Shown here: positions 12,803 to 24,004 of the stretch, piece after piece | Numbering within the stretch: the stretch's first letter is position 1 | Layout of the letters: the number at the start of each line of letters is the position of its first letter | Made by a program: the position numbers and the translations under genes | DNA from: Malacoraja senta | Lineage: Eukaryota | Direction: 5' to 3' | Assembly (NCBI GenBank): GCA_038087875.1 | Contig: CM075986.1 | Location: 13,206,001 to 13,270,000 of the forward strand | Length of the DNA stretch: 64,000 nucleotides | Notes under the pieces: generated by a model | The model's input: the letters and a program-made list of their open reading frames with translations, nothing else | Told to the model about the DNA's origin: nothing | Database searches by the model: none

Positions 12803-12904
12803 ATCAGGAAACATGGATACATTACAACCCATCCACTCACACAAGTCACTAGTATGAATCGCTAATCGTCATGGGGACCCAGTATTGTTTCCTGGAGCAG
12901 TGAT

Positions 12905-13000
12905 AGTCTGAAGAAGAGTCTCAACCCGAAAAGTCACCCCTTCCTTCTCTGCAGAGATGCTGCCTGTCCCGCTGAGTTACTCCAGCATTTTGTGTTGACC
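12905..13000 (+). repeat. PLE-terminus repeat with hammerhead-like core
   Basis: agtCTGAAGAagagtctcaacccGAAAaGTCacc...ctgagttactccagcattttgtg. Confidence 0.75.
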
Positions 13001-13412
13001 TACTGTTTCCTAACATACCAGTCAACCTAAAATTATCTTATTCCAACTCTCATTTACAGAATCCTCTTACTCCACGCCCTCATTCAATTGAGGGATCGTT
13101 GGAGAGATCGCAGAGGGAGGAGCTACACCCGAGCGGTAGGACTTAAAAAGGAGCGCGGGGTTTGTTCCTTACAGAGGCCCAAGAGCCGTTGGAGAGATCG
13201 CAGAGGGAGGAGCTACACCCGAGCGGTAGGACTTATAAAGGAGGAACCCAAATCTGTAACGTTCCAAGTTCCACTTCAAAAACAAGTGGGTTTGAGGAAG
13301 CCGCTGATTGGTGGACGCAGACAAGAGGGAGCAGCTGATTGGGAGTCAGATCCCTGCTGATTGTATTGTATTGTAGCAGTTTGTTTTGTATTCTATCCAG
13401 GGTAAGGGGAGT

Positions 13413-14348
13413 ATGAGGGCCAGGGCAGTTTACTGTTCTGGATGTCAGATGTGGGAAGTCATGGAGTCTGATAGCCCTCCAGACGTCCACATCTGCGCCA
13501 GGTGTATCGAGATGGGGCTCCTAATGGACCGTATTAGGAACCTGGAGCAGCAGCTCGATGACCTCCGTCTGGTCAGGGAGAGCGAGGAAGTCATTGAAAG
13601 GAGTTACAGGGATGTGGTCACTCCAACACCACAGGAGGCAGGCAAGTGGATCACGGTTGGGAGAGGCAAGGGGCACAGGCAGGGACTAGAGAGTACCCCG
13701 GTGGCTGTACACCTTGACAATAAGTACTCCTGTTTGAGCACTGTTGGGGTGGACAGCCTACCTGGGGGTAGCGACAGCGGCCGGGCCTCCGGTATAGAGA
13801 CCGGTCCTGTTGCTCGGAAGGGTAAGGAAAAGAAGAGAAGGGCAATATTAATAGGGGACTCTATAGTTAGGGGGTCAGACAGGCGATTCTGTGGACGCAG
13901 TCGGGAGACCCGGATGGTAGTTTGCCTCCCTGGTGCCAGGGTCTGTGATGTGTCTCAACGTGTCCAAGACATCCTGAAAGGGCAGGGAGAGGAGCCCGAG
14001 GTCGTGATACATATAGGTACCAATGACATAGGTAAAAAAAGAGAAGAGGTCCTGAAAGGAGAATTTAGGGAGTTAGGAGGGGAGTTAAAGAGAAGGACAG
14101 CAAAGGTAACAATCTCGGGATTACTGCCTGTGCCACGCGACAGTGAGAGTAGGAATGGAGCGAGGTGGAGGATAAATGCGTGGCTGAAGGACTGGTGCAG
14201 AAGGCAGGGATTCAAATTTCTGGATCATTGGGACCTCTTTTGTGGAAGGTTCGACCTGTACAAAAAGGATGGGTTGCACTTGAACCTGAGGGGGACCGAT
14301 ATCCTGGCAGGGAGATCTGCAAAGGCTACTGGGGAGACTTTAAACTAG
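13413..14348 (+). CDS. CR1 ORF1p: Cys zinc finger, coiled coil, SGNH esterase
   Basis: First ATG 13413 (MRARAVYCSGC..CARC), heptad region, SGNH blocks GDS, PGA, HIGTND and DGLH all intact; open to TAG 14348. Confidence 0.85.
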   Translation: MRARAVYCSGCQMWEVMESDSPPDVHICARCIEMGLLMDRIRNLEQQLDDLRLVRESEEVIERSYRDVVTPTPQEAGKWITVGRGKGHRQGLESTPVAVHLDNKYSCLSTVGVDSLPGGSDSGRASGIETGPVARKGKEKKRRAILIGDSIVRGSDRRFCGRSRETRMVVCLPGARVCDVSQRVQDILKGQGEEPEVVIHIGTNDIGKKREEVLKGEFRELGGELKRRTAKVTISGLLPVPRDSESRNGARWRINAWLKDWCRRQGFKFLDHWDLFCGRFDLYKKDGLHLNLRGTDILAGRSAKATGETLN

Positions 14349-14391
14349 AATGGTTGGGGGGAGGGACTCAAATAGAGAATGCTATTAGACA

Positions 14392-17300
14392 GTGTGTGAG
14401 GCAGGAGGCAGAGAAGGAAAGACCCAACATGTAGGGGGGGAAGAAGAAAACAATAATAAACAGAGAATAAGAGGTGGTGGGGTTCTTAAATGGGTGAGCA
14501 GAGAAACAGAGGGGTGTAAAATGCGGGCGGAAGCAATAGGTAGCAAGGTGAAAAGTAAAAGTGGCAGGCAGACAAATCTAGGGCAAAAATCAAAAAGAGC
14601 CACTTTTCAACATAATTGTATAAGGGGTAAGAGCATTGTAAAAACAAGCCTGAAGGCTTTGTGTCTCAATGCAAGGAGCATTCGTAATAAGGTGGATGAG
14701 TCGAACGTGCAGAGAGCAATTAATGATTATGATATAGTTGGGATCACGGAGACATGGCTCCAGGGTGACCAAGGCTGGGAGCTGAACATCCAGGGATATT
14801 CAATATTCAGGAGGGATAGAGAGAAAGGAAAAGGAGGTGGGGTAGCGTTGCTGGTTAGAGAGGAGATTAACGCAGTGGAAAGGAAGGACATTAGCTTGGA
14901 GGATGTGGAATCGGTATGGGTAGAGCTGCGAAACACTAAGGGGCAGAAAACGCTGGTGGGTGTTGTGTACAGGCCACCTAGCAGTAGTAGTGAAGTTGGG
15001 GATGGCATCAAACAGGAAATTAGAAATGCGTGCAACAAAGGCAAAATAGTTATAATGGGTGACTTCAATCTACATATAGATTGGGTGAATCAAATTGGCA
15101 GGGGTGCTGAGGAAGAGGATTTCTTGGAATGTATGAGGGATAGTTATCTAAACCAACATGTAGAGGAACCAACGAGAGAGCAGGCTATTCTAGACTGGGT
15201 ATTGAGTAATGAGGAAGGGTTAGTTAGCAGACTTGTTGTGCGTGCCCCCTTGGGCAAGAGTGACCATAATATGGTTGAGTTCTTCATTAGGATGGAGAGT
15301 GACATTGTTAATTCAGAAACAAAGGTTCTGAACTTAAAGAAAGGTAACTTTGAGGGTATGAGACGTGAATTGTCCAAGATTGACTGGCAATTAGTTCTAA
15401 AAGGGTTGACGGTGGATATGCAATGGAAGGCATTTAAAGACTGCATGGATGAACTACAAAAATTGTTCATCCCAGTTTGGCAAAAGAATAAATCAGGGAA
15501 GGTAGTGCATCCGTGGATAACAAGGGAAATCAGGGATAGTATCAAAGCAAAAGATGATGCGTACAAATTAGCCAGAAAAAGCAGCATACCAGAGGACTGG
15601 GAGAAATTCAGAGACCAGCAGAGGAGGACAAAGGGCTTAATTAGGAAAGGGAAAATAGATTATGAAAGGAAACTGGCAGGGAACATAAAAACTGACTGCA
15701 AAAGTTTTTATAGATATGTGAAGAGAAAGAGATTAGTTAAAACAAATGTAGGTCCCTTGCAGTCAGAAACAGGTGAATTGATCATGGGGAACAAGGATAT
15801 GGCGGACCAATTGAATAACTACTTTGGTTCCGTCTTCACTAAGGAAGACATAAATAATCTGCCGGAAATAGCAGGGGGCCGCGGGTCAAAGGAGATGGAG
15901 GAACTGAGTGAAATCCAGGTTAGTCGGGAAGTGGTGTTGGGTAAATTGAATGGATTAAAGGCCGATAAATCACCAGGGCCAGATAGGCTGCATCCCAGAG
16001 TACTTAAGGAAGTAGCTCCAGAAATAGTGGATGCATTAGTGCTAATTTTTCAAAACTCTTTAGATTCTGGAGTAGTTCCTGAGGATTGGAGGGTAGCAAA
16101 CGTAACCCCACTTTTTAAGAAGGGAGGGAGAGAGAAAACGGGGAATTACAGACCAGTTAGTCTAACATCGGTAGTGGGGAAACTGCTAGAGTCAGTTATT
16201 AAAGATGGGATAGCAGCACATTTGGAAAGTGGTGAAATCATTGGACAAAGTCAGCATGGATTTACGAAAGGTAAATCGTGTCTGACGAATCTTATAGAAT
16301 TTTTCGAGGATGTAACTAGTAGAGTGGATAGGGGAGAACCAGTGGATGTGTTGTATCTGGACTTTCAGAAGGCTTTCGACAAGGTACCACATAAGAGATT
16401 AGGATACAAACTTAAATCACACGGTATTGGGGGTTCAGTATTGATGTGGATAGAGAACTGGCTGGCAAACAGGAAGCAAAGAGTAGGAGTAAACGGGTCC
16501 TTTTCACAATGGCAGGCAGTGACTAGTGGGGTACCGCAAGGCTCAGTGCTGGGACCCTAGCTATTTACAATTTATATTAATGATCTGGACGAGGGAATTG
16601 AAAGCAACATCTCCAAGTTTGCGGATGACACTAAGCTGGGGGGCAGTGTTAGCTGTGAGGAGGATGCTAGGAGACTGCAAGGTGACTTGGATAGGCTGGG
16701 TGAGTGGGCAAATGTTTGGCAGATGCAGTATAATGTGGATAAATGTGAGGTTATCCACTTTGGTGGCAAGAACGGGAAGGCAGACTATTATCTAAATGGT
16801 GGCCGATTAGGAAATGGGGAGATGCAGCGAGACCTGGGTGTCATGGTACACCAGTCATTGAAAGTAGGCATGCAGGTGCAGCAGGCAGTGAAGAAAGCGA
16901 ATGGTATGTTGGCCTTCATAGCAAGAGGATTTGAGTATAGGAGCAGGGAGGTTCTACTGCAGTTGTACAGGGTCTTGGTGAGACCACACCTGGAGTATTG
17001 CGTACAGTTTTGGTCTCCAAATCTGAGGAAGGACATTATAGCCATAGAGGGAGTGCAGAGAAGGTTCACCAGACTGATTCCTGGGATGTCAGGACTTTCA
17101 TATGAAGAAAGACTGGATAGACTTGGCTTATACTCCCTAGAATTTAGGAGATTGAGAGGGGATCTTATAGAAACGTACAAAATTCTTATGGGGTTGGACA
17201 GGCGAGATGCAGGAAGATTGTTCCCGATGGTGGGGAAGTCCAGGGCAAGGGGTCACAGCTTAAGGATAAGGGGGAAATCCTTTAAGACCGAGATGAGGAA

Positions 17301-17457
17301 AAACTTTTTCACACAGAGAGTGGTGAATCTCTGGAACTCTCTGCCAGAGAGGGTAGTTGAGGCCAGTTCATTGGCTATATTTAAGAGGGAGTTAGATGTG
17401 GCCCTTGTGGCTAAGGGGATCAGGGGGTATGGAGAGAAGGCCGGTACGGGATACTGA
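14392..17457 (+). pseudogene. CR1 ORF2p (APE endonuclease + RT) with one premature stop
   Basis: NARSIRNK, GITETW, GDFN, SDH (APE); YRPVSLTS, DFQKAFDKVPH, GVPQGSVLGP (RT); TAG at 16558-16560 where CAG is expected; the same frame continues LFTIYINDLD..SKFADDTKL to TGA 17457. Confidence 0.92.
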
Positions 17458-19964
17458 GTTGGATGATCAGCCATGATCATATTGAATGGCGGTGCAGGCT
17501 CGAAGGGCCGAATGGCCTACTCCTGCACCTATTTTCTATGTTTCTATGTTTCTATGAGCTCTTACATTAAAATCTTTCCCAGGAAGAAAATACAAGCTCC
17601 GCACAGGCAGCAGATGGAGTCAGGGATGAACCAGGTCATAAGAGCTGTGGGAGAGTGGCTCTACTAGCTGCATCTCTGTGCTGTACTTTGTACTCTGTGA
17701 TTTGTCCAAACTACAGGAAACCCATCTTTGATCTCCCCAGCAGTTTCTGCTCTTCCGATCTAATCTTTAGCTCCGATCGCCAGAATCCTTTATCCTCCAT
17801 CTGGTGACGACTACGGATTGGAATAATGTTAAAATTCTGATAATATTTCACCCAACATATATCAGCACTATTTAACATAATTAAAGGTGAAGCAGGGCTA
17901 TTCAGCAATGTGGCTCTCCAGTGTCTGCCAGTCAGTGATAGGGATGGGCAATAAATGCAAGCTTAACCAGTGATGCACCTACCCTGAAAAAAATAATAAA
18001 TCAAAATAGGTCAATGTTAACATTGAAATGGTTCCAGTACAAGGGATTAAATATCACATTTCAAAACAAAAAAATATTTAAAATTGACATCACTGCCAAA
18101 TTAAATCAACCATATCATACAACATTGTGTATGCAAGCAAAGAATCTCACTGTGCATAGTCACATGTGACAATAAAGTATTCCTATTCCTAACTGTCACC
18201 CAGCACCACACCCCAACTTCATACAAAAGGAATCTCCTGGGGAAACTGGGAACCCAATCAAAGCTATATAAATAACTCTTATTTATGTCACTATAATAAA
18301 GAGTGACGTTAAAAGTCACTGTTGTTGGTAGAAGTTCCACATGACACATTGGACATTGTGTCCTAATCTCGCAATACTTCAAAACCTATGAAATAATAAC
18401 TCTTAAATATCATGTTTGATAGGAGTGGTTTGGATATGATGTGATTAGGATATGAATATGAGCTTTGTGAGCTTTTGCTCTACTCAGTGTTTCTATTAAA
18501 TGCTTAACCATGTTAAGAAATATTTGACTATCTTTGAATGTTATCCGTATGTGGTGCTCTCTCTCCACAGAATCACCTACAAATAAATCAAACATTTGGT
18601 GGAGGATAACACCAGGAATACGATGCTAAAGTGGCACCTGCAGAAGTTGCCTGAGAAATTCACAAATGCCGTGTCTTTTCTGTGATGTTCCGTAGAAAGG
18701 TCCCGACCTGAAACATCACCTATCCATGTTCTCCAGAGATGCTGCTTGATCCGCAGTGTTCCTCCAGCACTTTATATTCTACCTGTGGGTTGCCATGCAG
18801 ACAAGGGTAAGCTCAACAACATTCGTGCTAACTCCGCAAGCTAATCTGCCATGATTGAGTCTTGCCTTGACTGGCTGCACTGTGCAGTGATCAATGAAGC
18901 AGGGATTGAAGCGTGCATTTCTTGGTGTATCAAACAAAAGAGCTGCAATCAATGCTGAAAAATCCAGTGATGAGCTTTCAAATATCAAGACCTGACATGG
19001 CAGATGCTGAAAGACATTATTGTCAGAATGGAGTCCCTTTAATTGACATCTCATTGATCATTGCACTCCTAATTCTTTCAGTGACAGCCCGTCAAAGGTC
19101 AGAGGTTGCAGCCAGAAGCTCCAGTTAATGTCACTTAGGGAGGGAATGTCTAGAGCATGACCTGGGATATAATTTGGTGCATGACTGATGCTGCGAAATT
19201 GTCAGGTTGAAGATGAATTTTCCAATGGGCATGATTTTACCCCAGAGATGATTGCTAGTGTAATCTAACTAGAGTTACATTGTTATTTGGCTAATATGTA
19301 TTATTGACATGGTCACATATTAAAATATGATTCCACCATAGTACCAAACTATTTAAATAATATATTTTTCTTACAAGCACTTTAAACAGTAATTGACCAT
19401 GTGATAATCAATGTGTCTCCTTTCTCTTCTCATTCCCCATTCCCACCTACACCTTTCTCACATTGACATGGAATATCGATTATCCTATATTGTTATATAG
19501 AACAATGGCATTGGGTTTTAGTAGGTAAGGCTACCTTGGTCAGAAGTCAATTAGCATTTTCTTAAACAATAATGACCCTGTAGTATACCCTTTGTTTTTG
19601 ACTCCATTTATTGCCTCCTCAATTGCAGACAGGATCTCAGGCAGAATGTTTTGATCTTTCTGTGAGAATGGACTGAATGGCAGTAATCTACACAATTAGT
19701 GGAATGTCGAAAAACATACTAGTTGTAATGACAGGGAAAGTACCTTTGTTTGTACTTTGCCTTTACAAAGTTGACAGCATTTGACAGCATTTTCTGATCC
19801 AAATGTCACAAACACAATCAATACAGAATCAGAGATTTGAACTTTTTACATGTTATTCCTGTTAAAAAAAAAACACCAACAAATATATTAACATGAGCTG
19901 TAACTGAGTTTCCAATGACATAGTATTATTGTTGAACAATCCTTCCAGAAAAATATGCAGAATG

Positions 19965-20512
19965 AGTTGAGTTTATTGTCACGTGTATTGAGGTATAGTG
20001 AAAGGCTTTTGTTGTGTGCTAACCAGTCAGTGGCAAGCAGCACATGATTACAATCGAGCCATGCACAGTGGACAGATACATGATAAAGGGAATAATATGA
20101 ATTGAAGTAGAGGTTTACAGAGTGAAGCCATTGTAATGCATGATTGTAGATCCACTTCTGTGACTAGCATACAAACAATCACCTGGGGTTGGGGCCATTC
20201 GCAACAGGTTTTATTTGTGAATGTTATAAACCTGAATCTGGTGGTGTGTGCGTTTTCACACTTCTATACCTATTGCCTGATGGGAGAGAGGAGAAGAGGA
20301 GAGGGGAGAAGGGGCTAGGGTGCCGTCCCATCAGGGACATATGACAATAAATTCTCTCGTGACTCGTCCTTGATTTTGCTGCTGGCCTTGCCGATGCAGC
20401 ATGAGGTATAAATTGAATCAATGGAAGGGAGGTTGGATGGTGTGATGGCCTGGGCTGTGTCCACAATTCACTGCAATTTCTTACGGTCCTGGATGGAGTT
20501 GTTCGCAAACCA
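19965..20512 (-). mobile_element. Rex1/Babar-type LINE 3' end
   Basis: Nucleotide similarity to 2470-2948 (gttgtgtgctaaccagtcag, gattacaatcgagc, ctggccttgccga.gcagc). Confidence 0.7.
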
Positions 20513-20689
20513 AATTGGCATAAAACACATATGGGGGAGTGTGAAGGGTTGGTTGAAATATTGATGAGTTAATTGGATGTTAGGATGTCAGGCAATCCTA
20601 GTGGTTAAATATAAAAATAAATCTGACTGCTGTGACTGTTGTTCCCATTCTTTCACTTATTTCCCTGTCATCCATTCTGACTCTTGCCT

Positions 20690-21012
20690 ATCACGCCCCT
20701 CCCATTGCCCTGACACCTCCCTCTACTAGGGGTCATTTACAGTAGCCAATATAGGTAGTGACCCAAGCAAGCAGAGGAAACCCAAACGGCCAGAGAGGGG
20801 ACGTGCAAACTTCATAAACGGCAGTGGAACAGTCAAAATGCATAGGAACCTGTAATTTCCCTCTCCCCTGAGTCAGTCTGAAGAAGGGTCTCGACTCGAA
20901 ACGTCACCTATCCTTCTCTCCAGAGATGCTGCCTGTACCATCTTCAGTGGAACAGTCAAAACTGGGTCGCTGGTGCTGTGAAGCAGTGGCTATACCCTGG
21001 TGTGCCACTGTG
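20690..21012 (-). mobile_element. Diverged tRNA-derived SINE carrying a nested hammerhead insertion
   Basis: tagggg.ca.ttac, gaggaaaccc, acgtgcaaact, gggtcgctgg.gctgtga.gcag match the reverse complement of the SINE. Confidence 0.65.
20839..20944 (+). ncRNA. 106-bp insertion with an intact minimal type I hammerhead ribozyme core (PLE-derived)
   Basis: CTGAAGA 20878-20884, A, stem II GGGTC-TC-GACTC, GAAACGTC 20898-20905; flanked by the 17-bp direct repeat CAGTGGAACAGTCAAAA (20822-20838, 20945-20961). Confidence 0.7.
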
Positions 21013-21401
21013 TCACCAAGAGCACTTGTTATTTGTTTGTGGCCACCACTCACATTTACTTTCATTCCTAAACAGAGGAACGATGATTCACATGTAGGCC
21101 CCCACTAGATAATGACAAACCTATTTCACCTCCAGAAGATAATTTGCAAACAGACCACCTTTCAGTGCAAACCGATATAGATTGATTCATAACATTACTG
21201 AAACTAGATTTTGTAAAAACAAGATCCAGCAGTACTAAATTGACCAGCTGCCGAGGGTGGACTAGAACTCGTGTCTGGATCAATGGTCCAGAACTGGTCA
21301 TGCCCCAGTAACTGACCATCACGGTACGTGCCTCTGGTAAGGAGCTGTTAGTCACCTTAAAAAAACTCGCAGTCTCAATCGGTCATGAATGATCAGTGCA
21401 T

Positions 21402-21407
21402 TTTATT
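21402..21407 (-). terminator. CDK5R1: Probable CDK5R1 polyadenylation signal AATAAA
   Basis: Minus strand reads TTTTTGTACTGTGATTAATAAA ~830 nt after the stop, with upstream TGTA and a downstream U-rich tract. Confidence 0.65.
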
Positions 21408-21508
21408 AATCACAGTACAAAAATAAATAAAAATTAAAAAAATTTCAACGTAAAATACAGCCGCCGCTGTTTACAGCATCGTGACACCAATATCCTTAAC
21501 TTCACCCA

Positions 21509-21548
21509 TACATACATACACACACACATACACACACACACACACACA
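21509..21548. repeat. (CA)n/(TACA)n microsatellite in CDK5R1 3' UTR
   Basis: Directly visible. Confidence 0.9.
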
Positions 21549-22005
21549 CCCTATACACATACAACAAATAACACCGTTTGGTCAACAGAGATTTTCACTT
21601 GTTTTTAAATAACAAATTGCACTGGGGAAACATCTTCATATATTAGCACTTCTAGAATGTACAGCTGAAGTCTATCTGACAGACTACCCGTGACAATGGC
21701 ACATCCTTGCAATGGCACATCCTTGCAGGCTCCGCAGTCACCTGGTTCAGAGAGAAACACGGACACGTGCGTCCGAGAACGACAAAAAAAAACTCCCCAC
21801 CCTCAAGTCTTCGTGTTGATAAATACTTATTTGAAACGGTTACCCCCCCCGCCCCCCCACCCAAAAATACTCGATATTTTCCTTAGGGATTTTTTTTTTC
21901 TTGCCATGTGGCTTTCTAGCTGCGAGAGTCAGTTTTACTAAGATGATGTCAGGGACACGAGATACTTAGCATGCACAATACCACTGGAGCGAGTTAGAGA
22001 AAGAA

Positions 22006-22007
<2 letters not shown>

Positions 22008-22051
<44 letters not shown>
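22008..22051. repeat. (GA)n microsatellite in CDK5R1 3' UTR
   Basis: Directly visible. Confidence 0.95.
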
Positions 22052-22056
<5 letters not shown>

Positions 22057-22199
22057 CGTGCCGTTTTTGCAGGACCGGTTTAAAAAAAAATTTGTTCTAA
22101 AACACTTTTAGCAGCATGGAAATAAATCTCTTTTGAACTAGACCCCAATGGAACAAAGGAACATAAAGGGTGCGCACTCAAGTGCATCGAGCTGTCTCG

Positions 22200-24000
22200 A
22201 TAGATGTATCGTTTTGAGGGCCCCGGCGAACAATCACCGGTCTAATCCTATCAGTATCCGACCTCGCTCCTCCTGGCCACTTTCGTTCTTTAAGTCGGCG
22301 AAGACTTGCGTGAAGAAGTGAGGATCCGCGTTAATTTGCAACATTTTCGCACTCATGGCGTTGATTATACTGAGACAGCGGTCCCAGAAAGCCTCTTTAC
22401 AGCTCTCCACGAGAAAAGGTTTGAGCGGGTAAGAGATCTCGTTGCCCATGTACGAGTAGGACAGGTAGAGGCAGGTCAAGAGGGTAGCTTGCAGTTCGTG
22501 AGCTGTGGCCAGCTCCGACGAAATCACGTCCCGGCACAGCATGTAAACAAAGACCACGTTAGCCGGCGTGACAAAGCCTTGGTCCTGCCACCCCTGGAGC
22601 AGGAGAGAGCGGTCCACACTCCGGAGCCACAGCACCGGGTCGGTGGGCGACAGGTGTTTGAGACGGTAGCATCTACGACAGAGAAACTCGCTCAGACACT
22701 TGAGCAGCTCGCTGGTGGAAGCTTGGACGATGACCCTCTTGGGGGAGCTGGAGCCGCCGGTGGTGCCGTGGGGGGTTTTCTTCACCGAGGAAGCGGCGTT
22801 CTTGTTCCCGGGCAGCTGGTTGACTCGCTGGGCCGGCGGTTGGGTCTGGGCGAAGGTGGAGAGGTTGGCGCAGGAAAGGGACTTCTTCAAGTTCTCGTTG
22901 TTGAGGTGGGTGACGTTGTTCTGGTAGTTGTTGGGGTTGACCTTCTTGGAGTTCTTCTTCTTGGCGGAGACGGCCACGATGCGTTTCCAGGGCAGCACGG
23001 AGATGATGGAGTGACGCTTGAGGTTCTTGTCCTTGGAGTTCTTGCTGTTCTGCACGGCCGTGTACTGGCCCACTGTGGCCGAGCCATCTTCGAAGAGAGC
23101 CGCCTTCCTGTAGCTGGGCGACAGAGAGAGCACGGTGCCCATGGCTGAGCTAGCGGCCCGGAGATGGGGCTGGCGGGGCTGAGCGGGGGGAGGGAAGGGA
23201 TAGCCGTGTCTCAGTCGATGGCGCCGAGCCGCGGTTCACTCTGTTTGGGCGACGGGAGACGGAGACCCCCTTCTCTGGTCCTTGCAGATGTACACGGCGT
23301 GTTCGGTCTCAGTGCAAAAGGCAAACATCTGGATTAATCCAGACCTTCTCCAGCTTCTGGGAAGAGCAGGCGTCTGTTTAGTTGAAGGCACCGCGCTTGG
23401 TCTCTCGCTGCACTGCGTTTAAATGGCGATGTGTCTGTGTCTGTGTCTGTGTTGGTGGAGGCGGTCTCCGCTGCGGTAAAACGGCGGGGTCCCTTGATGT
23501 GACCCGGAGTCAGGCGAACATCGGCTCTCTGCCCTCGTTTTTTTTTAAAGTAGGGAGATAGATGGAGGAGGGAAGCACAGCCCCGTCTCCACAACCCTTC
23601 AGCCCAGCTGCGCTTCTCCGCCCTGATCTCCCCGTTGGACCGGTATCTGCCCGAGGGTGATGGAGAGATCTCCGTGATCCGCGTTCCCTCTAAGCGGGCG
23701 GCTGCATCATGTCGACGGAGAAGCAGGCAATACTTGCTCCCGAGATCGGCGAGCTCTCTCTCCCCCTCTCTCCCCCTCTCCCCCTCTCCCCCGCTTCACT
23801 CCCACCTCTCTCCGCTCTCTTGTCCAGGAAACTGCTATTTCCGAACTGACAACTGATTTTTTTTCGCCCCCTCTCGCACTGACTCTCCGCCTCCCTTCTC
23901 CCCCGCCAGTCACAACACCCAACGCCTCCCAAGCAGGAGGAGTTATGGTGATTTGTTTTAACCCCTTCGCCGCTTCTCCGGCCGCGACCCATTAACGGGA
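22200..24000. promoter_or_regulatory. CDK5R1: CpG-island-like region covering the CDK5R1 CDS, 5' UTR and likely promoter
   Basis: Clearly higher GC and CpG density than the AT-rich flanks (by eye). Confidence 0.65.
22234..23142 (-). CDS. CDK5R1: Cyclin-dependent kinase 5 activator 1 (p35), single coding exon, 302 aa
   Basis: [19 protein letters not shown] (Gly2 myristoylation site), [16 protein letters not shown] (calpain p25 site), [43 protein letters not shown]; adjacent to PSMD11 as in mammals. Confidence 0.98.
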   Translation of the reverse strand: MGTVLSLSPSYRKAALFEDGSATVGQYTAVQNSKNSKDKNLKRHSIISVLPWKRIVAVSAKKKNSKKVNPNNYQNNVTHLNNENLKKSLSCANLSTFAQTQPPAQRVNQLPGNKNAASSVKKTPHGTTGGSSSPKRVIVQASTSELLKCLSEFLCRRCYRLKHLSPTDPVLWLRSVDRSLLLQGWQDQGFVTPANVVFVYMLCRDVISSELATAHELQATLLTCLYLSYSYMGNEISYPLKPFLVESCKEAFWDRCLSIINAMSAKMLQINADPHFFTQVFADLKNESGQEERGRILIGLDR

Positions 24001-24004
24001 ATAC

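Larger units (their letters stand above)
13089..17556 (+). mobile_element. Near full-length CR1 LINE (5' UTR, ORF1, ORF2, 3' octamer tail)
   Basis: Tandem 5' repeat, esterase-type ORF1, APE+RT ORF2, ends in (TTTCTATG)3 at 17533-17556. Confidence 0.95.

Noticed and set aside
14727-17480. Minus-strand ORFs of 60-147 aa within the CR1
   Set aside because: Antisense shadows of ORF2
1-21000. MYO1D terminal exons expected from mammalian synteny
   Set aside because: I could not find a plus-strand exon matching the MYO1D C-terminus; probably outside the window
22306-23148. 280-aa antisense ORF overlapping CDK5R1
   Set aside because: Non-ATG start, same codon register as the real gene and no recognisable domain; expected shadow of GC-rich coding sequence
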